Assembly (NCBI RefSeq): GCF_032191835.1
Contig: NC_083237.1
Span: 22,320,001 to 22,384,000, forward strand
DNA: 64,000 nt
Reading direction: 5' to 3'
Source of the DNA: Heteronotia binoei
Taxonomy: Eukaryota
Shown one piece after another: positions 30,912 through 41,900 of the stretch (its first letter is position 1; each line of letters starts with the position of its first letter). The notes below the pieces were generated by a model. The model was not told the DNA's origin. It ran no database searches and saw only the letters and a list, made by a program, of their open reading frames with translations. The position numbers and the translations under genes were made by a program.

Positions 30912-31959
30912 GGCTGAAGCAGCACCTGAACTTTTAAATGATGATAGATTTAGGTGGGCAGTCATGTTGATCTGAAGGGGCACCCTTAAGGTCAGCAAAA
31001 TTTAACTTAAAAATATAAACTTTTGTGTACATGCACATTTCTTCAGATCGGGGTGGAATTCTAGCAGGAGCTCCTTTGCATATTAGATCACACACCCCGA
31101 TGTATCCAATCTTCCAAGAGCTTACAAAAAAGAGCCTTATAAGCTCTTGGAGGATTGGCTACACCAGGGGTGTGTGGCCTAATATGCAAAGGAGCTCCTG
31201 CTAGAATTCCACCCCTGCTTCAGTTACATTAAAATGGAAGTTTTCGGTCCATGCGTCTAGGCAGAGGGTGAGCAGCAAATTAGCATACACCACAATGAAG
31301 TTAACAGATTCAAGGATCAAACAAGCTTAGTTTACATGGCTACCATTTGTTTGGGTTTAATTCCAAGGGAAAATGTAGTGAAGAAAATAAATATATCAAA
31401 ATCAGAGGTTGATGGGCAGATGCACCCTTCTTCGTTGTGGAATGCTGAGAGTAATTAAATGAGACCCTGCCACTACACTACACCCTGCCACTACACTACA
31501 CATCCATCTTCTCTCAAGAGTAAAGGGAAATGAAAGCTTATACCTTGAAGAAGAAGACAAGTTGGTTTTTATAGCCTGCTTTTCTGCAGAGCATAATGGG
31601 AAAGCATAGCAAGGGACTGTGAGACTGACTGACAAAATAATATGATTCTGCTCTCCTTGGAGAAAATTGTAGCAGCAAAAACACTAACCTTGTTTTACCT
31701 TTCCAAATATATTTATACCTCACTTTTCTTCCAGTGGGGGCTCAAAGCAGCTTACAACATTGTTCTCTTGCCCTCATTTCTAGCCTCACAAGAATTACTC
31801 AGTGAGGCAGGCTAGACTGGGACACACTGACTGGCTCAAGGTCATCCTGTCTTCCAAGGCAGAATGAGGATTCGAATCCTAGATCCCAGTTTGCTCCTCT
31901 AACCACTACACCATTCGACTCCACACACTACTAGGACAGGAGAACAACATGCAATGCTG

Positions 31960-32061
31960 ATCCTGTGAATTTAGGAGGAGGTATTTGTGAGTTCCCTGCA
32001 TTGTGCAGGGGGTTGGACTAGATGATCCTGGGAGATCCCTTCCAACTCTATGATTCTATGT
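31960..32061 (+). mobile_element. CR1 LINE 3' end
   Basis: GGGTTGGACTAGATG...CCCTTCCAACTCTATGATTCTATG terminus. Other CR1-like 3' pieces at about 6530-6660, 20650-20785, 24480-24570 and 34140-34330. Confidence 0.7.
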
Positions 32062-32669
32062 AAGCTGCAACTCACACATTAAATGCTTAAACAGATCACA
32101 CATACTTGCATCCCTAAACATTTTGAGGGCAACAAAATGCATATTTCTTCCTGAAGCAGAGTTCTGTGCAACTCACAAACTTGCCGCCTCACTCGTACAG
32201 ACGGCTCAGTAAGAAGCCCCAGCGGAACCATTTTCAGATCCTATCTGCTTATGCAAAAACCACATCCGAGACAGTCCACATCTTCCACAGACTGCACAAG
32301 CTTTCAACAATATTCCCTTGCTCGAAACCCCAGCAAAAACCCGCTCCTATATATAACCCAACTACAGGAGTGTACAACACCTTCCAGATAGCGCGACCGC
32401 TGCATCCAAAAAGGCATATTTTCCAATCTGCAAGTACTAACTGTGGATCACCAGCTGTACCCTGCATACCTGCCCAACGTGCCTTTTGGTCAGTCTTTTT
32501 CAGGAGGACAACATGACACCTGATCTCTCATACCTTGGCAAAGCAGCGTCTACTTCTGGAAAATCGACCAGTGTTTTCTAGTTACACTTCGCCAAGTGGC
32601 AGATCTCAATTGTTTCTTATTGGAGTGGAAAGGGGCTTCGAGGGATGCTGGGAAAGCAGCAATGGACTA

Positions 32670-32682
32670 TGGGGACTGTAGT
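32670..32682 (-). promoter_or_regulatory. ZNF143/THAP11-type motif, RUSF1 promoter region
   Basis: Reverse complement ACTACAGTCCCCA fits ACTAYRnnnCCCR; a good donor AAG|GTATGA lies downstream at 32534/32533. Confidence 0.55.
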
Positions 32683-33747
32683 CCTTGATCGCAGGAATGT
32701 GCCTTTTTAACAAAGGTCCTCCTACTTTTCTTTCCTTATTAGCTTTTCACTTTTTTCAAGCACATTTATGGGCAAACTTTCATGTGTTATTTATTTCGCT
32801 AGATCTCGGCCCACATACTTTTTAGCATGCTGGATTTATTTGAAGTTATTTATTTTACAGATGTATTTCATAATCTTCCTCGCTTAGACTCCAGGAGAAT
32901 TACATGGGTTTTAAAAAAAAACCCGATGCGATAAAAAAACCGTATAGTACATACAGCAACAAACAACGCAACAAAACCGGATTACAAAATTAGAATATAA
33001 TTTGATAAAACAAGTATAATCCAATGAAACTGCCTAATTTAACAAGCGTTAGAACTACAACTCTCTTCCCTTTATAAAAATGAGTCCTGATCCTGAATAA
33101 TTCCATTTCGCACATTCTGCGGGACCCTCCTGGTTTATCCACGTTTTTGCCAGACCGACTCTTGATGTCAGTAGGATTTGCTCCCGCACAATGACTGCCT
33201 GATCTATCTCCGACCTCCACAATTCTAGCCCATATAAAACTGCACACCTTTCCAGTCCTCGAGCTTGCAAAAGTGCAGCTGAAATTGTACCCAGAAAGGG
33301 GGGAGGGGACTTCAAAACGATTTGGCGAGTGGAGTGCAATTAATTGCAACCCAGATGTCACCAAATAGACGCTGAAATAAAGGATTTTGGGGCAACCTCC
33401 CCCAGCACGGAGACTCGGCAATGGATAGGATTTCACAAATTGCATTTCCGTCAGAACAGCAACAGTTAAAGGCACAAAAGTCCTGACGGACGGGGAAAGG
33501 AGGCGGCAACTCTACTCTCCAGAATCAGATGGGGCCGGCAACTGGTTGCTCGTCCACTAAGATGATGTGCCAACTCATTCTTGCCTAAGAATTCTTTTTA
33601 AAGCACCCCGTTCCCCTAAACACGCACACATACGATGTCCTCAAGACTCAGCAATACCTGACTCGCAGTAGGAACTCAGAGAAAAGGAAAAAGTCGTCAG
33701 ACCGACCCCGTTTCACTGTTGTCTTTCCCTCGCGTTGAGAGGCAGTA

Positions 33748-33760
33748 TGGGAAACGTAGT
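33748..33760 (-). promoter_or_regulatory. Second ZNF143/THAP11-type motif, RUSF1 promoter region
   Basis: Reverse complement ACTACGTTTCCCA fits ACTAYRnnnCCCR; donor CAG|GTATTG lies downstream at 33658/33657; CpG-enriched context. Confidence 0.55.
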
Positions 33761-35326
33761 TCTGCAGCTATCCCCTCTATGCCTATAGCCGAAAGAGGAC
33801 CTGGGGAATGTTGGTAACTTATGTCAATTCAAATCGATTTTAATACGGTCTACGATCTGCACGAATCTAATACAATTTACAGGGACTTGTAACAATAAGA
33901 AGTTTGTTTCTCACTGTGTGTCTCCCAGTCCCAACATGTGGGGCAAGAAGTAATCGCCTCCCCGTCCTCCTTTATTATGGGCTTGGACTTGTCGTACTTT
34001 GTATATGGTTCAAACCGTGAAAAAATGACAGCAATAATCTTTTGGGTGCCCCGAAAAGCTTTTTCCAAAAGATGAGCCCTGGCTCATCATGTTCTTTCCC
34101 ACTCCCACTCTTTGTCTTAACCTCTTACCATTATATGCATTATCAAGAAGAGCCCTGCTGGATCAGACCAGCGGTCAATCTAATCTTGCATCCTGCTTCA
34201 CAGTGGCCAACCAGTTGCCCTGGAAGACCAACAGGGCATACAGGCCAAGGCCTCCCCTGAATATTGCTTTCTAGCACTGGCATTCAGAAGTTTACTGCCT
34301 CTGGATGTGGGTTCCCTTTAGTCATCATGGCTAGCAGCCAGACGGTGGTGAAAAGTCTTGTCCAATGCACATGATTTATGGCAACCTTGTAGAATGTTCA
34401 AGGCAAGAGATGTTTAGAGATGGTTTGCCAGTGTTCGCCTCTGCTTTGCGACCCTGAGCTCGCTTGGTGGTCTCCCATCCAAATACTAACAGGTGCTGAC
34501 TCTGCTTAGCTTCTAAAATCTGTTGAGATCGGACTAGCCTGGGCCATCCAGGCCACAGGGACCTCTGTCTAATCCAAATTTAGAACCATCTGTGCTCGAG
34601 GTTGTCATTATGGTTACTGGCCATAAATTCCACAATTGCTCACGGAGTAGAAGTATTCGCTTTTGTCCATCTTGAATCTATTTGCCTATGAATTGGAGTG
34701 TCTCCAAGTTCTAGTACTAGGGATTTCTATCCACTTCCAACACCCTAAGAATTAATTTTATAAACCTTTCTTTCTGCTTCCCCACAGCACCCATCTTTTT
34801 CTAAACTGAAAAGACCCAGCCTCCCTAGCCTTTCCTCACAGGACTCTTCCTTTTCCAATCCTGTTGTCCATACACAGAATTTAAGAGATAAGCTATAAAT
34901 TCAAATGCCCGTTTTGCTGAGGCTTAACGGTCTGACCACTGGGAAAAGCAACTGACACCTTTGCCCAGCCGCTGGAGAGCCCTCACAAAAAACTACAGAA
35001 GAGTTCCTTCCTGACATTGATCTTTCTTCTCAGATTGGTCTCCAACATTGCCCTTTAATTTCTGTCCTTCCTGTCAAATCGCCTTAAAACCACCATTTAT
35101 ATCACATATGCAACAAGCCATACACAACGCAAGAGCCTTCTGGGCACCAAACGCACAGGGTTAGACCTTCCCCCATACCTATTTAAGACCAAGGTCCCTT
35201 TTATCTACACCCTGTCTTCTGCTCCAGCTGTCAGTCTCTTTGAAGCACCCACACTCTTGCCTCTGCATATGCAGGATTCATGGATAAACATATGCAACAG
35301 AGGTCCATCAGTGGCTATTAGTCACA

Positions 35327-35625
35327 GAGCCCCGTGGCACAGAGTGGTAAAGCTGCAGTACTGCAATCGGAGCCCTCTGCTCACGACCTGAGTTCAATCC
35401 CAGCAAAAGCTGGTTCAGGTAACCGGCTCCAGATGACTCAGCCTTCCATCTTTCCGAGGTCGGTAAAATGAGTACCCAGCTTGCTAAGGGAAAAGTGCAG
35501 ATGACTGGGGAAGGCAATGACAAACCACCCCGTAAAATGTCTGCCGTGAGAACGTTGTGAAAGCAACGTCACCCCAGAGTCGAAAACAACTGGTGCTTGC
35601 ACAGGGGACTACCTTTACCTTTTTT
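35327..35625 (+). mobile_element. Full-length Sauria SINE
   Basis: tRNA-like head with A/B boxes and an (ACCTTT)n tail; sits inside a CR1 3' UTR fragment (about 35270-35815). Confidence 0.8.
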
Positions 35626-35966
35626 ATTGATGGAACTCTCTGTCTAGGGCAGCGATGCTCTGTATTCTTGGTGCTTGGGAGGGGCAACAGTGGGAGGGCT
35701 TCTAGTGTTCTGGCCCCACTGATGGACCTCCTGATGGTGCCTGGTTTTTTGGCCACTGTGTGACACAGTGTTGGATTGGATGGGCCACTGGCCTGATCCA
35801 ACATGGCTTCTCTTGTTCCCTAGGGACTTCATACTCTGTAAAATCAGGACCCCCTGCCTCCGACCCTCAAGATCCCATCGCAAACCCTGCCCCAGAGCCA
35901 ACCTGGACACAAACAACTGAGGAACAAACACAGAGGCATCTCATGGGAGTAGACCACCTCCCAAGC

Positions 35967-35972
35967 TTTATT
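35967..35972 (-). terminator. Probable RNF40 polyadenylation signal
   Basis: AATAAA on the minus strand about 520 nt after the stop codon. Confidence 0.55.
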
Positions 35973-36493
35973 TTCAAAAACCTCCACGCAGAACGTAACA
36001 ATTAAAAAAAGAAACAACCCTCTCCTGCAACAGGGCGCCATCAAATCTGTGTGCCTGCTGCCAGCAGCTGGGGGTTGGGACTCTTGGGCCATCAGAAGTT
36101 TTCAAAATGCTAGAAGAAAAACAACAAAGAAGTTCTGGAGGCAACTGAGAGGGGCCTGCCTGGGAAAGGTCAAAGCGAAGCTCACAGAGTGAATTCCAGA
36201 TGACAAGGAGGGGGAACCCAGTGATACCCGATGGGGACCCAGTAAGCAAACTCAGGAAGGCAGAGGCTGAATAGAAGGCAGTAGGGGGAAGGAGGAAAAC
36301 AAACAGAGAGAGAGAGAGAAAGTTCCACCCTCAAGGAACCCCTGGGTGATGATATTTTAACTCTGGAACTGGGAGGGAGAAAGAGCAGAGGTGGGTTTTG
36401 TGTGGATCCCAAGCAGGCCTTTTAAAGGTAACCACAAGATCCAAGCGCAGTCCATAAAGGGGATCCCCCTGGGTGGGAATGGGTCTCGGGTGC

Positions 36494-38877
36494 TCAGCTG
36501 ATGTAGATGCGGTGAAAGTCGTTGGCGCCGAAGGCTGCATTGCACTTGGGGCACTTCCGCTGGCGAGTGTCATAGCGCGTCTTGACGCACTCGAAGCAGA
36601 AGACGTGGAAACACTTGGTGAGGACAGCGTCCTTCTTGCGCGTGTTGCAGCAGGGGCAGGTCAGCTTGGCCTGGGGATGCAGACCAAAGGGGAGGGTGAG
36701 GCTGGGCTCCCTGCATCACCTTCCCCCAGGCGAGGCTGCGCCAGGAACACCCTCCTCCTCCTCCACTCACCTTGTACTCCTTGATCTCCTCCTGCAAGAT
36801 CTCATCAGCATCTGCGTAGACCTCCACCTTCCGCTGTTTCTCCAGCTTGCGCCGTAGGCGGGAGATCTCCTCCTGGGGAAGGGGGACAGGTCAATGGGAC
36901 CAAAAGGAGTCAAGGGCTGTGTAGCAGATGCAGGGCCAGGAGGTGGATCAGGCTCGCCCAGTCCCATCAAGTCTTGGAAGCCGAGCAGGGCCAGTCCCGG
37001 TTAGTACTTGGATGGCAGACCACCCAGGAAGTCCAGGGTTGCTAGGCAGAGCCAGGCAATAGCAAACCACTTGTTTGTCTCTCTCCTTGAGAGCCTTACA
37101 GGGGCACTGTAAGTTGGCTGCAATTTGACACCACTTTCCCATCACCACAGCAGGCGAGGCAGAAGCCCCAGTTATACAAGCCTCTGGACCAGGGGTGGCC
37201 AAACTGTGGCTCGGGAGCCACAAGTGGCTCTTGAAGCCCCCACCACCCTGTTGGCTGGCTTGAAGAAGGCATTTCTCTCTTTAAATCACTTCTCCAAACC
37301 AAGCCAGCCGGCAGCTTGGACAACGCATTTAAAGTTGCTTTCTTTCCACCTCTCCTTCCCTCCCCCCATTTATTTGCCTGCCTGCCTTGCAGCTCTCAAA
37401 CATCTGACATTCGTGTCTTGTGGCTCTCAAACATCTGATGTTTATTCTGTGTGACTCTTATGTTAAGCAAGCCTGGCCACCTCTGCTCTGGACCAAAAGC
37501 ATCAGAGCTCTCAGGCACACCTGCACGGCACAGCAGAAGCTATCCCTGTTCTGTACCTGAGCCCTCTTTAGGTTAAAAGACTCCTTCTCTTTGGCTGCTC
37601 GGTTCTCGGCCATGCAGGTCTGGATTTCCTTCAGCTTACACTGCACGTGCTCCAGCTGCACCTTCAGGTCCTCCGCCAACTGGGCAGCCTCCACTGCCTG
37701 CAGGGGGAACAGAAGAGAGCCTATGAGCTGCCCCTTCGTAAAAGCATCCAAGGTGACGTCTGCTGTGAATGTTCCCAACAGTATCCTTCTATGGGAATCC
37801 CATTTCGAGGCCTGTGTATTTTCCACAACTAAGCACAGAGGGTGACATTGAGGCACAGAACTTGCCAGTCTGGTAATCTCAGCTTTTTTAAAAATTAAGT
37901 TTCTAGCCCTGGATGAAACAATCTGGATAGAAAATGTAGTTATTGCCCGGAGATGCATCAGAAGCTGGATGGACTGGACTGCCAGTGGTTCAGGGGTCCA
38001 GAACCTTGCATACCTATTAGCCCTTCCCTATAAACAGAAAGGAAAAAAACCCATGAAAATATGTGTATTTTCATTTTGCCAAAACCGTTCATAAGGTGCA
38101 GGATTCAGATTCTCCATGGGCAAAATGTTACTGTTGTGAAGCCTGGTTTTAGAAGAACCGGCTGTCCTCTCCTTGTCTCTTCCCAAAACTCCATCCCCAC
38201 ACCTTGGACCCCCCCCCCTCCTCACCTTCCTCTTGTTGAGCTCCAAGGCCTGGCTGCGCAAGGTCAGCTCCTTCTCCACGGTGCCCAGATTGCCCTGCAG
38301 CACTCGCTCCTTCTCCTCCAGCTTCTGCACCACCAGCAACTGGGTGTCCACCTGGGAGACAAACCAAAGCGGTGGGGACAGAAACCCGGTGTGCGATGGA
38401 GCTCCCTTCACCACCCCTTTCCTCTCCCTCCTTCCAACCGAAGCTCCATGGCTCCGATGAGGAGAGAGGGGAACCCGCGCTCACCTGCGACTTGAGGGCC
38501 AGCACCTGCTCGGCCAGCTCGTCCTTCTCCTCCCGCAGCAGCTTGTGGATCTGGTTGGACTTGATGCGTTCCGACATCAGCTTGAAGTTGGCGTCGTCCT
38601 TCTCACGGAGCTGCAGGTTCAGCCGCGTGTTCTGCTCCTGCATGTCCTCAAAGGCCTGGCCCGTCACGTCCATCTCGGACAGCAGAGCTTCCTCCTCCTG
38701 CCCAAGAGATGAAACAGGAGAAGCACAGCCTCAATTGCTGTCCCTCAAGCTCTCTCTTCTCCAGTTAGCCCTTATTATAGCCTAAGCTGCGTGGTCACAA
38801 AGACATTGAGAACAAAATAGCCCCTGGTAACAGACTGGAGGTGCTGAACACAACAGCCCAGCTGTGTTCCCTCTAAG

Positions 38878-38914
<37 letters not shown>

Positions 38915-41900
38915 TGGCCCCTCATTAACATAGGAAGCCATGCACTGCCTATTGCCCATTTTAAGATTACAGCAGTTCTATTCTGCTCAGGATATGAACT
39001 GCTCCACTCAGTAGGGAGAAAAAATAGAGGGAATATTGCACCACAATGGCTTACATTGTGCTCCTCTCCTCTGTCTGTTTTCTCTTCCCAACAACCCTGT
39101 GAAGTAGGTTAGGCTGAGAGTGTGACTGGCCCAAGTTTCAAACCTGGGTCTCCCAGCTCCTCGTCCACCTGCTGCATCACCCCGGCTCTCACATGGAGCA
39201 CATTTGGCAATTACAGAGGCTGTTCCCCACAGTTACCAGTGGATTAGTCTAACTAAAGCCACCTCTCCATGGTCACATATAGGCTGGGGAAACCTCCAGG
39301 TCAGTGTGACCACTGAGCCACACCGCTGATTTTCAGCCATGCCAATTCCCTCATGTGTGACACCTGCTTGGTTGCCGCCAGTTTCTTCTGCAGATGTTCA
39401 ATCTGTTCCTCAGCCAGCTTGATCTTGCGCAAGGCGTCCTCGTCAGCCATCTTCTTGCTTTCCTTCTTCTCCTTCTCCTCCAGTTCGCGGATCCGCAACC
39501 GCAGCTCCTCCACCTGCCAATGAGACCGAGCCAAAGAGGAAACAGAGAGCACCTTGAATAGAGAACAGAGGGCTCTCCTGAGCAGGCTATAAATCAAATC
39601 AAATAAACAAAGAAAATTCTTGACTTGGTTTAGTCAAATCCCGTGACAAAGAATGAGATAAATTAAACAACCATTTCTGCAATTGAGTTTTTACATATGG
39701 CTAAACCTTTTGCTTGGAAGCCTCCTTTGGGCTGCTGTGACTCACACAGAGACGCTTCACTCTTTCCTCTAGTCACACTCTCTTGCCCTGAACCAATATG
39801 TTTGATGCACAGTGTCACCGCAATCAAGTGAACAAACTAACGCAGGCTCTCACTGCACCAGTCCTTAGCCACAAGCTACTAAGAGGAGTTGGGGAAGATA
39901 CTTAAGCCCAAATAATGCTCAGGGGTGGGGGGATGACAAGCAGAAACGTAACCTGCGAAGGACAGATCTGGGCGCCAACCAGGCATGCCTCACCTCTGCC
40001 TTGGTCTTCTTCTCTGCCGCCATGAGCTGCACTTTGTCCCGCTGCTCTTTGGGCGCCGACTTGTACATGTCCAAGAGGAGCTTCATCTCCTTCTGGCTCT
40101 CTTGAGCCTTCCTAAGGAAGGAAGAAATGGGAGCAGCGTGAAAGTTGAGGTCACTCCCCAAAGCAACAAGTTCCCCCCAACAACCAGTCACAGTGGTTTT
40201 AAAGGCCTGTAAACATGCTAGCCATTTCCCCCCCTTCTCTCCTCTTATTCTATGTTATTAATTGAATGTTACTAAATTGCCTTTGTTCCATGGCTAATTG
40301 TGAAACATGGTTGTACCGCATTATGCACTGTACATATCATGCAGGTCTTCACTGGATTGTTTTTAGAATTCTGTACTCCGCCTTGAGCCTCAACCAGAAA
40401 GGCAGACAACAAAGCTGAAGCTGCCTTATTCTGAATCAGACCACTGGTCCATCCAAGTCAGCATGGACTCTACTCTCGCAGGCAGCTGTCCAAGGTCTCA
40501 GGCTGAGGTCTTCTGTGTCACCTCCTACCTGATAAAACTGGAGACCTCCTGAATGCCAAGCAGATGCTTTACCATTGAGCCACAGCTCTTTCCCATGGGG
40601 CACATTGGACTCTCCCTGCAGCATATAGGGGATTCAGATATTCCTGTGAGTCTCAGCAATGGTAAGAGACCCTTCATGAAAAAGAACCCCTGCCCCAAGG
40701 CAACTCCAGGGCTCACCAATACCTTCAAGCATATCACTCTAAGTCACAATCTTCCCTTCCGCTTGATTCATCCAGCCCAGCCCTCAAAAGTTCTCTCTCC
40801 TCCCACATTGTCTCTAACTGGCACTTCAAGCCTCCACCCTGAAGAAGAATTGCAGATTTATACCCCGCCCTTCTCCCTGAATCAGAGAGCGGCTTACAAT
40901 CTCCCATGTCTTCTCCGCCCACAACACACACCCTGTGAGGTGGGTGGGGCTGAGAGAGCTCTCACAGCAGCTGCCCTTTCAAGGACAACTCTTGTGCTAT
41001 CTATGGCTGACCCAAGGCCATTCCAGCAGGTGCAAGTGGAGAAGTGGGGAATCAAACCCAATTTTCCCAGATAAGAGTCCATGTGCTTAACCACTACACC
41101 AAACTGACCCTGCAGCCCCTTCCCCTTGACACTCTACGGCTCTCACTTCAGCTCGGTCCTCAGCTGTTTCAGAAGATCTGAATCTTTCTTCTTGGGGTCA
41201 TCGCCACCCCCGCCACCCTTCTGTTTGTCCCGGTCCCGTGAGGAAGAGGAGGATGAAGATGAAGACGAGGAGGTCTCTTTGTCCCGGTCTCGGGACCTCT
41301 CACGGTCCCCGCCCCGGTCTCCGCCACGCCCTTTGGACCGCTCGGATTCCTTGGCTCGGGGAGGTGGGGGTGGCTGTGGGGTGAGTGGTAGGGGAGCAGG
41401 CAGCTCTTCTTCCTCCTTCTTCACCCCCTCATGGGCCCCAGGAGCCTGGGAGGCCGCCGTCTCCTCCTTGGGCTCCTTCTTCACTTGGACTTCTTTGGGC
41501 TCCCTCTTCACTTCGGGGGGCATGGCCCCCTCCTCTTCTTTCACTGTAGCTGCACTGGGAGCCCCTGGCGGCCCTGTAGGGTCTTCGCCCCCTGATGGAG
41601 GGGGAGCTGCTGCTGAGCCAGAAGAAAAGCCACTCTGCTGCATCCGGACCTGAAGGGAAAGAACACATTGCAGGACAAGGGGCCAGAATCCACTAGAACA
41701 CCCAGAATTATTTATTATAACCAGGGTGGAATTCTAGCAGGAGCTCCTTTGCACATCAGGCCACACACCCCTGTTGTAGCCAATCCTCCAAGAGCTTACA
41801 ATAGGCCCCGTACTAACAGCCTTGTCAACTCTTGGAGGATTGGCTACATCAGGGGTGTGTGGCCTAATATGCAAAGGAGCTCCTGCTAGAATTCCACCCG

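Noticed and set aside
31464-31499. 18-bp tandem duplication (ACCCTGCCACTACACTAC twice)
   Set aside because: Simple slippage duplication in an intron with no evidence of function.
32990-33475. 161-aa minus-strand ORF in the RUSF1 promoter region
   Set aside because: No recognisable domain or coding signature; it lies in probable promoter or 5' UTR intron sequence.
35327-35405. Possible tRNA gene
   Set aside because: It is the head of a Sauria SINE and has no complete cloverleaf. The other A/B-box hits are also SINE heads.
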